A stretch of 64,000 nt of DNA from Cyanobacteriota bacterium (GCA_046045965.1 JBJOKS010000004.1:96001-160000), one strand, 5' to 3'. Numbered from the stretch's first letter, positions 18,944-29,884 are shown. Made by a program: numbers and translations. The notes: generated by a model not told the origin, from the letters alone.

Positions 18944-19741
18944 ATGAAATGGCCAAGAAAAAAAGCTGAAAAGCCGAGCAAACCGTCGATTGAACAACAA
19001 CAAGCAGAAAAATTGACACAATTGGGCGCTAAACTTGCGGACTTGCGTCAACAGCAGGATTTATCACTAGATGAAATTGTGGCAATGACAAGAATTCCTC
19101 GCAGATTGTTAAACGCGATTGAAGTAGGAGATTTAGACGATTTACCAGAACCCATTTATATTCATGGTTTAATCAGGCAATTTGCTGACGCATTGGGGCT
19201 GAAGGGGGCAGAATTTGCCAGTAATTTTCCCGTCGGTTCTCAGCAGGTGAGTTCTCAAAGCAATTGGCAGCCTAAACCTTTTTTTCAACTGCGTCCTCTT
19301 CATCTTTACTTGCTTTACATTTTCGTAATTATCTGCTCCGTCAATGGTTTATCTCAGTTATTAAATCAGACTGCTCTACAGGCAAAAAATAGCCAAAATC
19401 AACCAAAGGTGCAGACAAATTCCGATTTAGCACCTCAGAAACTCCAAGCCAAGGATTTACAGGACATTCCATCTGGTATCAACACTTCAGAAGCTCAAGC
19501 TGTAGAAATTGGTGTCACCTTGAAGTCATCATCTTGGATTCGTGTTGTGGCCGATGGTAAAACTGAGTTTGAAGGGGTGCTTCCAGAAGGTTCTCATCGC
19601 AACTGGAAAGCCTCTGAGGAACTGACAGTGAAAACTGATAATGCTGGGGGTGTGTTGATGAGCGTTAATCAAGAACAACCCAGGGAAATGGGAAAACCAG
19701 GAAAAGTTGAGGAAATCAGGATTGCGGCTAGGAAGTCTTAA
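18944..19741 (+). CDS. RodZ-like protein (HTH + TM + DUF4115)
   Basis: N-terminal HTH (LPEPIYIHG), one TM helix, C-terminal SWIRVVADGK...NAGGV. Confidence 0.85.
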   Translation: MKWPRKKAEKPSKPSIEQQQAEKLTQLGAKLADLRQQQDLSLDEIVAMTRIPRRLLNAIEVGDLDDLPEPIYIHGLIRQFADALGLKGAEFASNFPVGSQQVSSQSNWQPKPFFQLRPLHLYLLYIFVIICSVNGLSQLLNQTALQAKNSQNQPKVQTNSDLAPQKLQAKDLQDIPSGINTSEAQAVEIGVTLKSSSWIRVVADGKTEFEGVLPEGSHRNWKASEELTVKTDNAGGVLMSVNQEQPREMGKPGKVEEIRIAARKS

Positions 19742-19974
19742 AACCTGCTAAGTTAGCAGGGGCTGGTTTAACTAAATATAAAATTTATCATTGGGATGCA
19801 GCACACTTTAGATAATATTGCGGTGATCTGCCAATGTGAACTCATGCACATAACTAAAAATAGCTATGTTGCCTTTTCTGTTCCAATGTAAGTTAAACCA
19901 ATCCCTAGCTATCACTATATTTTAAGTACGCAATGGTGATTCCTGCTTTATACTACGCACTCATAAAAAGTTAA

Positions 19975-21483
19975 TCAGGAACTTATTGGAGCGCGTCCGT
20001 AAAGTTTGGTGAGAATTTTTAAGCGATCGCTCAATTCTTTGGTCAACACCTCTCTCTGATAACGCCATTCCCAATTACCTTCAGCTGTACTGGGATAATT
20101 CATTCTGGCTTCTGTTCCCAATCCTAAAACGTCTTGTAAAGGAATAATCGCTTGATTAGCGATGGAGCTCAAAGCTAAACGAATGAAATCCCAGTTTATA
20201 CCATCAGGACTGATAGATCCCAAATATAACAACAAATTTTGCTTTTCGTAATCATTCGCAGTATTAAACCAGCCTAGAGTCGTGTCATTGTCGTGAGTGC
20301 CAGTATAAACTACAGCATTACGTGGGTAATTAAAGGGTAAAAATGGATTACCAGGATCAGAACCAAAAGCAAAATGTAATACCTTCATACCGGGAAACTC
20401 AAACTGATCACGCAGTGCTTCCACTTCTGGGGTAATAATCCCCAAATCTTCTGCCAAGATGGGTAATTTGCCTAACTTTTGTTTAATAACTTCAAAAAAA
20501 GCTACCCCTGGTGCTTCTACCCATTCACCATTGATAGCGGTTTCTTCTCCTTGAGGTACAGCCCAATAAGCCTCAAATCCGCGAAAGTGGTCAATCCGAA
20601 TTATATCTACATAATCCAGCATTGCTTCAAAACGTTGCACCCACCATTTGAAATCTTGTTTTTGCAACTCGTCCCACTTGTAAACTGGGTTGCCCCAAAG
20701 TTGACCTGTGGCGCTAAAATAATCGGGTGGAACTCCTGCCATTAAAGCCGCTGCACCTGTTTCTTCATCTAAAGCAAAAATATCGGGATTTGCCCACACA
20801 TCCGCACTATCATGAGCTACATAAATGGGGATATCACCAATAATATCGATCCCATTTTGGTTAGCATAATTTTTGAGTTCTGACCACTGACGGAAAAACT
20901 CATATTGGATGAACTTGTAATAAAATATCTCCGGTGCCAACTCGTGTTCCATCCGAGCTAATGCTGCTGGTTCGCGTTTTGCCAGTTCTGGTTCCCAAGT
21001 GTTCCAGCTTGCATCATTTCGGGCATCTTTGAGCGCCATAAACAGAGCATAATTATTCAGCCAATAGCCTCTAGTGTTACAAAAAGTGTGAAATGCTTTT
21101 CTTTGTACATCAGTGGCGTGGGTTTTAAATTTTTCGCAAGCTTGTTTGAGCAGATTTACCTTTATGGGGATAACTTGCTCAAAATTCACTTTATCAGCGG
21201 GAAATTCGGGTAAATTCGCAAAATCTTCTGGAACTAATAAACCTTCTTTTACCAGTTTTTCTGGACTAATTAAAAAGTAATTTCCTGCCATTGCTGAGTA
21301 GCACATATACGGAGAATTACCATAACCAGTTGGACCAAGAGGTAAAACTTGCCAATATTGCTGGTAGCTGTCTTTGAGAAAATCAATAAAACGATAAGCT
21401 TCTAAACCTAAATCCCCAATTCCGAAGCGACTGGGGAAAGAACTTGGATGGAGTAAAATTCCGCTTGATCTGGGAAAAGGCAT
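19975..21483 (-). CDS. malQ: 4-alpha-glucanotransferase (GH77)
   Basis: GVPPDYFSATGQLWGNP, RIDHFRGF, AEDLG and YTGTHDN. Confidence 0.98.
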   Translation of the reverse strand: MPFPRSSGILLHPSSFPSRFGIGDLGLEAYRFIDFLKDSYQQYWQVLPLGPTGYGNSPYMCYSAMAGNYFLISPEKLVKEGLLVPEDFANLPEFPADKVNFEQVIPIKVNLLKQACEKFKTHATDVQRKAFHTFCNTRGYWLNNYALFMALKDARNDASWNTWEPELAKREPAALARMEHELAPEIFYYKFIQYEFFRQWSELKNYANQNGIDIIGDIPIYVAHDSADVWANPDIFALDEETGAAALMAGVPPDYFSATGQLWGNPVYKWDELQKQDFKWWVQRFEAMLDYVDIIRIDHFRGFEAYWAVPQGEETAINGEWVEAPGVAFFEVIKQKLGKLPILAEDLGIITPEVEALRDQFEFPGMKVLHFAFGSDPGNPFLPFNYPRNAVVYTGTHDNDTTLGWFNTANDYEKQNLLLYLGSISPDGINWDFIRLALSSIANQAIIPLQDVLGLGTEARMNYPSTAEGNWEWRYQREVLTKELSDRLKILTKLYGRAPISS

Positions 21484-21748
21484 AATTAACCTGAAATATA
21501 TAGCAGGAGTCAGAAGTCAGGAGTCAGAAGTCAGGAGTCAGGAGTCAAACTCTTTTTTGGAGGGAGTTTTATTATCAATTGATGTCCTAACTACCTTGGC
21601 GGTTGCTATAAAAGGTAGCGATCGCCTAAAACAGACGCATCGAATTTATCATGACATAGGTAGGTTTGATAGTTGTTATTCATGAAGAAATAGGAACGAT
21701 GGTAAAGAAATGAGAAGATTAATCACAATAACTGTTAACAACTGAACA

Positions 21749-22180
21749 ATGACTTATAGAAATCCTGCACCTACTGTTGATATTATTATCGAATTAATTG
21801 ATAGACCCCATCGCCCGATTATATTAATTGAGCGACATAATGAACCTTTAGGATGGGCTATTCCTGGTGGTTTTGTAGATTATGGTGAACCGGTGGAAGT
21901 GGCAGCTAAACGGGAAGCTGAGGAAGAAATAGGTTTACAAATAGAGTTAATTGAACAGTTTTTGGTTTATTCTGACCCTAGTCGTGACCCCCGTCAACAT
22001 ACGATTAGCATTGTGTTTTTGGCAACAGCGACGGGTGAACCTGTAGCGGGTGATGATGCTCAGGGTGTGGGTGTTTTTGAGCCTTGGTGTGTACCGAGTA
22101 ATTTATGTTTTGACCATGACCGGATTTTGCGGGATTATTTCCGGTATCGTAATTATGGGATTCGTCCCCGGTTGGGGTAA
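21749..22180 (+). CDS. NUDIX hydrolase
   Basis: [24 protein letters not shown]udix box. Confidence 0.95.
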   Translation: MTYRNPAPTVDIIIELIDRPHRPIILIERHNEPLGWAIPGGFVDYGEPVEVAAKREAEEEIGLQIELIEQFLVYSDPSRDPRQHTISIVFLATATGEPVAGDDAQGVGVFEPWCVPSNLCFDHDRILRDYFRYRNYGIRPRLG

Positions 22181-22266
22181 GAGAAATGAACCACGTTCGC
22201 GGAGCGTCCCGAAGGGATAGAAGCGAAGGACACGAAGGAAGAAAGAGAGGAAGAGAGGATAAAAAT

Positions 22267-22291
22267 GTAGGGGTTTAGCATTGCTAAACCC
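22267..22291. repeat. GTAG-type REP-like hairpin (near-identical copy at 25972-25999)
   Basis: GTAG-GGGTTTAGCA-T-TGCTAAACCC. Confidence 0.8.
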
Positions 22292-22298
22292 AAACTGT

Positions 22299-22709
22299 CT
22301 AACTCCCAGATTGTCTCAACAAGTAGTCTAAAACTCTATCAATTCGTTCCAAAGCTGCATTAGTTGAACGTTGGAATTCTTGCAACTGTGATTTTTGCTC
22401 TTCATAGTTCCGGTCAAGTTTTAGCATTAGTGCTTCTAATCTTTCAGTTCGTGCTTTTGTTTCTTCTGTCTCACTACCTGCTTTGTTAAATAGACGTTGG
22501 GTGTGAAATACAAACTCATCAACTCGATTTGATAATTGGTCAACTTTTACCCCTAGCTGGTCAAGTTGTGATTGAGTACGGTCTTGTTTTGCACCCAACT
22601 CATCAATCCGCCGATTTGCTGACTCTGCATAGGTAGCAGCTGAGGTTAACAGTTGACGAATGGTAGCAAATTCACTTTCTACACGGTCAAGCCTTTGTTC
22701 TGTGGTCAT
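22299..22709 (-). CDS. Coiled-coil hypothetical protein
   Basis: Heptad repeats throughout; ATGA overlap with the upstream gene. Confidence 0.8.
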   Translation of the reverse strand: MTTEQRLDRVESEFATIRQLLTSAATYAESANRRIDELGAKQDRTQSQLDQLGVKVDQLSNRVDEFVFHTQRLFNKAGSETEETKARTERLEALMLKLDRNYEEQKSQLQEFQRSTNAALERIDRVLDYLLRQSGS

Positions 22710-22876
22710 GTTAGTTCTTTTTGTTTTTGGCGGTTAGCTAGTGCATCACTGACAAGTATTTTTACCATCTGACTCATAGAGCGTTTTTCGTTTTTCGCTG
22801 CTGTTGATATTTCTGCATAAAGCTTTAAATCATCTTCATCGGTGAAATATATGTTGAGTCTTTTTCCTTGGGTCAT
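22706..22876 (-). CDS. Ribbon-helix-helix (CopG/Arc-like) DNA-binding protein (start could be 22900 or 22936)
   Basis: KRLNIYF strand, helix, then KRSMSQMVKILV pattern. Confidence 0.75.
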   Translation of the reverse strand: MTQGKRLNIYFTDEDDLKLYAEISTAAKNEKRSMSQMVKILVSDALANRQKQKELT

Positions 22877-22947
22877 AACAGCACTGCTTAATATTTCCAT
22901 GTTTTCATTTTCTCTTGATTTCGCTCCCCTTGTCATACAGTGTTAGC

Positions 22948-22966
22948 TAGTGCTATTGTAGCACTA
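22948..22966. promoter_or_regulatory. Perfect inverted repeat, candidate RHH operator
   Basis: TAGTGCTA-TTG-TAGCACTA upstream of the RHH gene. Confidence 0.55.
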
Positions 22967-23055
22967 TTATTGCTCACTAGACAACATCGCTCTCAATACC
23001 TGTAATTTAGCGTTAAGCATTGTTTTATACTTATATGAGTATTTAATGGTGATTT

Positions 23056-24303
23056 ATGGACGCTAAAGAACTTTTAGAGAAATACGCCGCAGGACACCGG
23101 GATTTTAAGGGGCAAAATCTTAGAGGTATAGACCTTACAGGTGCAAATCTGATTGGTGTAGATTTAAGAAATTCAGATTTGACAGGAGCAGATTTGAATG
23201 ATGCTAACTTGAGTAAAGCAAATCTTCAACAAGCAAACCTCACCAGAGCATCTTTAAAAAATGCTAATTTAAGTGAGTTGGTAAATAGTTCTGGTTTAAA
23301 TTTGTCTTGGGTAGATTTGAATAATGCCAATTTTTGCAAAGCAAATCTAGATCATGCAAATTTCAGTAACGCTCAATTGGATCATGCTAACTTGAGAGAT
23401 GCTACACTACAATCGGCAAATTTTACTGAAGCTTCTCTAATAGATACAAACTTAGCCAGAACTAACCTAAATTCCGCTAATTTTACTAACGCTAACTTGA
23501 CTAATTGTGATTTAAGTCAAGCAATAAACCTAAATAATGCAGCACTAAAAAATACCAATTTTCAAGGTTCAAAGATTCGAGGTGTTAATCTACAAAATAA
23601 AGATTTATCATGTCTAAATTTGGCTAATGCTGATTTGGGTGCAGCAAACCTAAATAGTGTAAATTTCCGAAAAGCTTGTTTACAAGAAATAAATTTAGAA
23701 AGAGCAGATTTGCAAAAAACCGATTTAATGAAAGCAAATCTCGATGGTGCAAATTTAAGAAGAGCAGACTTAACCAGCGCAAATATCTATGGTGCAACCT
23801 TTAATAATGCTGACCTCACAGGTGCGATAATGCCAGATGGAGAAGTTTATACAACAGATGTTGATTTAGACTTCGTTAAACCAGATGCACCGTTACCAAA
23901 AGAGATTGTTATGACTCGTGAAGTTATCCGTACCGATAAAGCACCTGCACCCGTTGGACCCTATAATCAAGCTATTGTGGCTTCAGGGAAAATGGTGTTT
24001 GTAGCTGGACAAATTGCTATTGATCCCCGTTTAGGTGATGTGGTTTATACCGATGATGTCACCAAGCAAACGGAACAGGTGATGCGAAATATTGAAGCTA
24101 TCCTCAAAGAAGCCGGCGCTACTTTTAATGATGTGGTTAAAACAGGTGTATTTTTAGCTGATATGAATGATTTTGCTGCTGTTAATGCGGTTTATGCTAA
24201 ATATTTTCCTGAAGATACCGCCCCTGCGCGTGCTTGTGTGCAAGTTTCCCGTTTACCTAAAGATGTGTTGGTAGAGATTGAATGTATTGCTGTGATTAAT
24301 TAG
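23056..24303 (+). CDS. Pentapeptide-repeat protein fused to a RidA/YjgF domain
   Basis: A(D/N)LXX repeats to about aa 260, then [11 protein letters not shown]...[23 protein letters not shown]. Confidence 0.92.
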   Translation: MDAKELLEKYAAGHRDFKGQNLRGIDLTGANLIGVDLRNSDLTGADLNDANLSKANLQQANLTRASLKNANLSELVNSSGLNLSWVDLNNANFCKANLDHANFSNAQLDHANLRDATLQSANFTEASLIDTNLARTNLNSANFTNANLTNCDLSQAINLNNAALKNTNFQGSKIRGVNLQNKDLSCLNLANADLGAANLNSVNFRKACLQEINLERADLQKTDLMKANLDGANLRRADLTSANIYGATFNNADLTGAIMPDGEVYTTDVDLDFVKPDAPLPKEIVMTREVIRTDKAPAPVGPYNQAIVASGKMVFVAGQIAIDPRLGDVVYTDDVTKQTEQVMRNIEAILKEAGATFNDVVKTGVFLADMNDFAAVNAVYAKYFPEDTAPARACVQVSRLPKDVLVEIECIAVIN

Positions 24304-24394
24304 CAGATTTTTCTCAAGTATACTATTAGCGGGCAAGATGCCCGCACCACAAGAGTTTTATTTTATAATTTGTTGGGTATTGGCTAATCTAATT

Positions 24395-25147
24395 TTAGTT
24401 TTCTGGTTCAATACCAAGCGATCGCAGTTGTGCAGCTAATTTTTCAGCACGCTGTTTTTCATTTTCAGCACGTTGCTTTTCTTGTTCTATTTCTTGTTGT
24501 TTTTGTGCTACCAACTCAGAACTCCACAATAATAAATTTCCTTGTTCATCCCACCATCTTAACCATTTAGTAGTGAGATTTTCCCTTGTACCTTCCCAAA
24601 TACCAAGATAAAGTTTGATGTCCTCTATCCAGTAACGTTGGTTTGGATCAGGGGTTTGTATTTGGTATTGTTTACTATTTTTATCTAAGCGATAAACTTC
24701 TAATTCTCCCCGATCTGGTTCAAAAATAATATAGTGAGGAACTTTTAATATTTTTTCATAAAAAAACCATTTTCCAGGGGGATAAGTTGGTTTACTAGAA
24801 TATTCTGTACCATCGGTATCAGAAATAAATTCTATGACAATAACCGGAATATCTCCCTGTAGTTGGGGTGTATAACTCCGAAAAACTTCTTGCTTAGTTG
24901 TGCGAATTTCGGGGATATAAGCCCAGTCAGGTGCTTTAACGACAATTTTGCCATTTACAGTTGCACAGATGCCATAATTCGTAGTTATGAGGCAATTGGG
25001 AGCAAGTTTACCAGCCAGTTGGAGGCTTTCGGTTAGGGCTGCGGCTTGGGTAGGTTGGTAGATGTTATCCACTGGATCGTCGGGAAGGATGTAATCATCG
25101 GGTAATTTTTCCCAAGTGATTTGATAGTCTTGGGTGGTGATGATCAT
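24395..25147 (-). CDS. Uma2-family endonuclease-like protein
   Basis: KAPDW, VIEFIS, KWFFYE and WLRWWD motifs; repetitive coiled tail. Confidence 0.92.
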   Translation of the reverse strand: MIITTQDYQITWEKLPDDYILPDDPVDNIYQPTQAAALTESLQLAGKLAPNCLITTNYGICATVNGKIVVKAPDWAYIPEIRTTKQEVFRSYTPQLQGDIPVIVIEFISDTDGTEYSSKPTYPPGKWFFYEKILKVPHYIIFEPDRGELEVYRLDKNSKQYQIQTPDPNQRYWIEDIKLYLGIWEGTRENLTTKWLRWWDEQGNLLLWSSELVAQKQQEIEQEKQRAENEKQRAEKLAAQLRSLGIEPEN

Positions 25148-25304
25148 GGTGGGTTTTCCTGTTTGCAGGTTTATCAATGATTATATCAAGTTGCAGATCC
25201 CCGACTTCTGAGATCAATTGATCATTTATGGACACAATAAATAAAAGAAGTCGGGGGTCTTATTGGCTTACCTGAATTATTACATTCTTAATTACCGGAA
25301 ATGT

Positions 25305-25787
25305 CTAATAAGGGCTAATCTCAGGATATAAAATATTAATCCGCTTACGTCTTAGTGCAACTTCCTCTTGTTGTAGCTGCTCTAACTGTTCTACTTTTTC
25401 TTCTGAAACCCCTAAAATAGCAGCCATCTCCCGAACTTTTACTCTTTCCTCTTCATGATAATCTCCGTCAGCAGCACAAGCCCGAATCGCAGTCAGAAGT
25501 ATATCTCTTTGTGCTATTGATACTTGAGGAGAACGAGCAACCACTTCTTGTAAATCCTCATTTGCTTCATATTGTCGTAGTTCTTCAACCACCCAGTCTG
25601 CTACTCCCCAAGATGCCAAAAACCCAATCACCCAATCTTTTTCTTCTTGTGAGAGAACCCCATCCCCTTTAGCACAACATAAAACCGCTTTCATATAAAT
25701 CGCACAATCTTCATCTGTAGGAATTTGGTTAAAACCAAAGAACCAGTTAAAGGTCCAAAATGAACCCAGTTTTCTAATGTCAGACAT
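25305..25787 (-). CDS. TerB-like (tellurite resistance family) protein
   Basis: Duplicated AKGDGVLSQEE / AADGDYHEEE TerB motifs. Confidence 0.85.
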   Translation of the reverse strand: MSDIRKLGSFWTFNWFFGFNQIPTDEDCAIYMKAVLCCAKGDGVLSQEEKDWVIGFLASWGVADWVVEELRQYEANEDLQEVVARSPQVSIAQRDILLTAIRACAADGDYHEEERVKVREMAAILGVSEEKVEQLEQLQQEEVALRRKRINILYPEISPY

Positions 25788-26008
25788 AGTTTTTATATAA
25801 GTATTGTACCAAAAAATAATACCATTAATGATGAGAAAACTGCGGCGATAAATATAAAAATAATGTTAATTTATCAACTAATTAGTGTTCGCCATAATTG
25901 CTCAGGGTAAGAACATCTCAATCATGCTTGACCCCATTTTTCACAAACAAATGTAAACAGCAATAACAAGATAGGGGTTTAGCATTGCTAAACCCCTACA
26001 TATCACGT

Positions 26009-27976
26009 CTACTTACTCGCTTGTTCTGTTAACTTAGTCAACACATCATTAGACCTTTCCACAAAAGATTTCATTCCTTCAGCATCAAAGCCTTTTTGTG
26101 ACATCAACGCCAAATCATAAACGTGCTGACAAATCATTTTTGTTAACTGTTCTGAGGATGATTCTCCATCACCTTGAATAATGCTACCTTGATTGATAGT
26201 TAAAAGGTTTTGAATCAAAGGATGGGCAGTATTTACTAACAAAATATGATCTTCAGGAAATTCGGCGTTTTGCTGCTGCATCATGGCGTTCATATCGCGC
26301 AGACGACGCAAAATTTCCGGTAACAATACCATTGCTGGTGGTGTTCCTTGGGGATTATCTGATTTTAACGCTTCGGTGCGAATATTAACTTTTGGTTTGT
26401 TGAGTGATTTTTCAAATAATTCTTTGATAATTTCACTCTTGGTTTTATTAGTTGCAGGGTCTACAATTTCCCCTGATTTATCATCCAATAATGTGTTATC
26501 TAAATCAGAGTCTACCCGTGTAAATTTAACGTCCTGATATTCTCTTTCTAGGAAGTTAATAAAGTGGGTATCAATGAAGGAGTCCATAAATAGAACTTCT
26601 AAACCTTGGTTTTTGTGCAGTTCTACATAAGTTGCTTGACCGGCTTCATCGGTACAGTAAAAAACTTTATTTTCGTGACGTTCTTTGTTACGTTCTAAAT
26701 ATTCTTTGAGGGTGGTGTAAGGTAAACTGGTGGTTGTACCTGAAGTCACATCTTGCCAAACATCACTATCAGAAGATTGGACTTCTACTGCGGGTGTTTC
26801 TGCGGGTTTTGTTTCTATTGTTGCAGTGCTGCGGAAGATGAGGATGTCTTCGACTTGTTTTTTAAATTTCTCGTCGTTGAGAACACCAAATTTAACAAAT
26901 GTACCCAAATCTTTCCAAGCATTGATGTATTGTTCGCGGTCGTCGCGATATAATTCTTTGAGTCTATCTCCGACTTTTTTAGCGATGTAATCCCCTATTT
27001 TTTTAACAGTGCGATCGCCTTGTAACGCACTACGGGAAACGTTCAAAGGAATATCTGTACTGTCAATTACTCCCCGCATTGGTAGTAAAAATTGGGGAAT
27101 AATTTCATCACAGTTATCACTTACAAAAACTTGATTACAGAATAACTTGGTTTGTCCTTTTGTGACATCTACATCAGGGCGCATTTTCGGGAAATACAAA
27201 ATCCCGTTAATAATAAACGGATAATCTGTATTCAGATGCACCCATAACAAAGGTTCTTCTTGGAAAGGATAGAGATAGCGGTAAAATTCTAGATAATCTT
27301 CTTTAGTTAAACTGCTAGAAGATTCTCTCCAAGCCGCTTTTTGTTGATTCAATACTTCCCCATCTAATTTGATGGGAACTGGCATAAAATCACAATAAGT
27401 TTTAACTAAATTCTTAATTCTCGCAGGTTCTAAATATTCTTCCTCATCGGGCATTAATGTTAATGTAATGGTAGTACCGCGAGAGGTGCGAGAAGATTCA
27501 TCTAATGTAAATTCTGGTGAACCATCACAACTCCAGTGTACTGCTTGAGAACCTTCTTTGTAGGAAAGAGTGTCAATTTCGACTTTTTTCGCCACCATGA
27601 AGGAGGAATAAAAACCTAAACCAAAATGTCCGATAATTGGTTGATCGGCTTTTCCTTCATATTTGTGAATAAATTCTTCCGCACTGGAAAAAGCAACTTG
27701 GTTAATATATTTCTTGACTTCTTCTGCGGTCATCCCAATGCCATTATCGGATATGGAGAGGGTTTTTTTATCTTTATCAATGGCAAGGGTAATTTCTGGT
27801 TCACCAATATCCCCATTATACTCTCCAGCGCGAGACACCATTTTGATTTTTTGAATCGCGTCTACAGCGTTGGATACCAGTTCCCGTAAGAAAATTTGAT
27901 GGTCTGAATAAAGAGATTTTTTGATAATTGGGAAAATATTCTCAGTATGTATACTGATAGTGCCTTGTTCTAACAT
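26009..27976 (-). CDS. htpG: Hsp90 chaperone
   Basis: IFLRELVSNAVDA and IGHFGLGFYSSF. Confidence 0.98.
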   Translation of the reverse strand: MLEQGTISIHTENIFPIIKKSLYSDHQIFLRELVSNAVDAIQKIKMVSRAGEYNGDIGEPEITLAIDKDKKTLSISDNGIGMTAEEVKKYINQVAFSSAEEFIHKYEGKADQPIIGHFGLGFYSSFMVAKKVEIDTLSYKEGSQAVHWSCDGSPEFTLDESSRTSRGTTITLTLMPDEEEYLEPARIKNLVKTYCDFMPVPIKLDGEVLNQQKAAWRESSSSLTKEDYLEFYRYLYPFQEEPLLWVHLNTDYPFIINGILYFPKMRPDVDVTKGQTKLFCNQVFVSDNCDEIIPQFLLPMRGVIDSTDIPLNVSRSALQGDRTVKKIGDYIAKKVGDRLKELYRDDREQYINAWKDLGTFVKFGVLNDEKFKKQVEDILIFRSTATIETKPAETPAVEVQSSDSDVWQDVTSGTTTSLPYTTLKEYLERNKERHENKVFYCTDEAGQATYVELHKNQGLEVLFMDSFIDTHFINFLEREYQDVKFTRVDSDLDNTLLDDKSGEIVDPATNKTKSEIIKELFEKSLNKPKVNIRTEALKSDNPQGTPPAMVLLPEILRRLRDMNAMMQQQNAEFPEDHILLVNTAHPLIQNLLTINQGSIIQGDGESSSEQLTKMICQHVYDLALMSQKGFDAEGMKSFVERSNDVLTKLTEQASK

Positions 27977-28133
27977 ATCCGTGTGTTTGATTTACTTGCA
28001 GATAATTCTGACAATCAATTTTCAACTATATATGTCTTTTTGCAGGTAAGGAATACCTCTAAATAATGATTCGGATTACACTACCATGTTAGGGGATTGG
28101 TGATTGGGGAATGGTGACTGGGAGGAGAATGTT

Positions 28134-28251
28134 AGTTTTCGTAGGTTGGGTTGAATAAAGTGAAACCCAACAAACCGTTAGAAACCTTGGGTTTCCTATC
28201 GTCAACCCAACCTACATAATTATATTTTTTTGGCTTAACCGAAAAGTATTG
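28134..28251 (+). mobile_element. Truncated, diverged copy of the 136-bp MITE (left TIR missing)
   Basis: Aligns with 34200-34317 and ends in CTTAACCGAAAAGTATTG. Confidence 0.85.
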
Positions 28252-28281
28252 GGTTACTATTTGACTCAGGAGGTATAAGTT

Positions 28282-28743
28282 ATGGAAGAATTGCTGGAAT
28301 TGAAAGAATTGCTTATCAGTGGCAATATTCCTGATGCGTTGCTGCTAGTTGAAGAGATGACGGAAATGAGTAAAGATCACAAGCTGAATAAGATTTTTAG
28401 CTTTAGTATTATTTTACTACTACATTTGATTAAAAAATCAGCAGAAAACCGTTCTAAAAAATATTGGGAATTATCTATTTCTAATTCCGTTAGGCAAATT
28501 CAACGTACTAACAAACGCAGGAAAACAGGTGGCAATTACCTGACTTTACCAGAATTACAGGAAACTCTAGAAGATGCTTATCAATCAGCAATAAATCAGG
28601 CGGCTTTAGAAGCGTTTGAAGGTAGATATGAAGCTGAAGAATTAGCAGCTATGGTAAATAAAGAGATGATATTGGATCAAGCCCTTGCTTTAATTTTGGA
28701 TAATGCAAAATACTCTTATGGAGTGGGTATTTTGTCCACTTGA
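28282..28743 (+). CDS. DUF29-family protein
   Basis: EEMTEMSK...ILLLHLIK...WELSISNS pattern. Confidence 0.8.
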   Translation: MEELLELKELLISGNIPDALLLVEEMTEMSKDHKLNKIFSFSIILLLHLIKKSAENRSKKYWELSISNSVRQIQRTNKRRKTGGNYLTLPELQETLEDAYQSAINQAALEAFEGRYEAEELAAMVNKEMILDQALALILDNAKYSYGVGILST

Positions 28744-28826
28744 AACAAATCCTGTATTTATAGCAGATTGCAGATCAATGAGGTACTTTCGCCAGTTTTA
28801 CTCCTGACTCCTGACTCCTGCTGTAT

Positions 28827-29456
28827 TTAAGATAAGGAAAATAATTTCTTGATTTTGTCCGTATCTAACATTTGTTTATCTGGTTGTTTGGGTTCGGATT
28901 TTTCATCTACATAAAAACGATATAACACATTTTCATCTTTAAAATCATGTTCATTATTCAGAGGATGAATCCATTTTTCTGCAATTAATCTCTTGCCAAT
29001 ACCCATAGCTTTTTCATGGGAAATTTTCAGGTATTCTATTAACCAAGCTACGGCTTCACTACCTAAGAAACAATGATGATAAACTCGCAAATTGTACCAA
29101 TGATCTTTAATATTAATTCCTTTCTCGTTCCTCATTTTATTAACTAATGATTTCAGATTAATTTCCGCAACTGGCATATCTTGAATTTTATCAGATTTCT
29201 GTTTCACTTGATCATTTTCCTGCCAAATAACATAATCGGTTTTTTCTTCAACTAAAATGATCAGAAAATGACCTTTATTTTCTAAGGAAATAGCTTTGGC
29301 TTTTTCAATAGCTGCTTGCTTTTCTTCTTTAGGAAAAGAATGCAGTTTAATAAATAATTTATCTCCATAAGATATACCAGCTATGGTTTTTAATTTATCC
29401 CCAATAGTCTGGGTAAGCTGACAATATTTTACTTGTTCAGGGTTGACAAATAGCAT
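28827..29456 (-). CDS. DEP-domain-containing protein
   Basis: IKDHWYNLRVYHHCFLGSEAVAWL...GKRL...DFKDENVLYRF fits the DEP consensus. Confidence 0.85.
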   Translation of the reverse strand: MLFVNPEQVKYCQLTQTIGDKLKTIAGISYGDKLFIKLHSFPKEEKQAAIEKAKAISLENKGHFLIILVEEKTDYVIWQENDQVKQKSDKIQDMPVAEINLKSLVNKMRNEKGINIKDHWYNLRVYHHCFLGSEAVAWLIEYLKISHEKAMGIGKRLIAEKWIHPLNNEHDFKDENVLYRFYVDEKSEPKQPDKQMLDTDKIKKLFSLS

Positions 29457-29884
29457 AATAATTTAACCTCACTTTGAAAATGAAACCCGATGTTGAAACA
29501 CAACAGTAATCTGAATGTAATAAGACTGTAATTGAGATAGCAACCCTGAAATGATGATGATACTGAGTTATACCTTTCTGTGGTGTCGTTAATTAAAATT
29601 ATACACGATAAAATTATGGTTTGTCACCCAATATACTGTTTTTTTTGAAAATTTACGTGACTATATGCTGAAAATTAAACCTTTTATCACAGAAGTAAGT
29701 AGTCAGTATTCAGGTGTAAAAGCCTGTTTAGCAAGACTTTCATGATAAATTGATGTCCTCACTACTCTGTTACTCTGTCTATGTCTATAATTTGCTGTCT
29801 TTGATTGTAGTTTTATTTGTTACAGCAAATTTTAAAACTAAGTAGATGGTGGATTAAGCAGGAATTAACCCACCAGCAGCGTTT

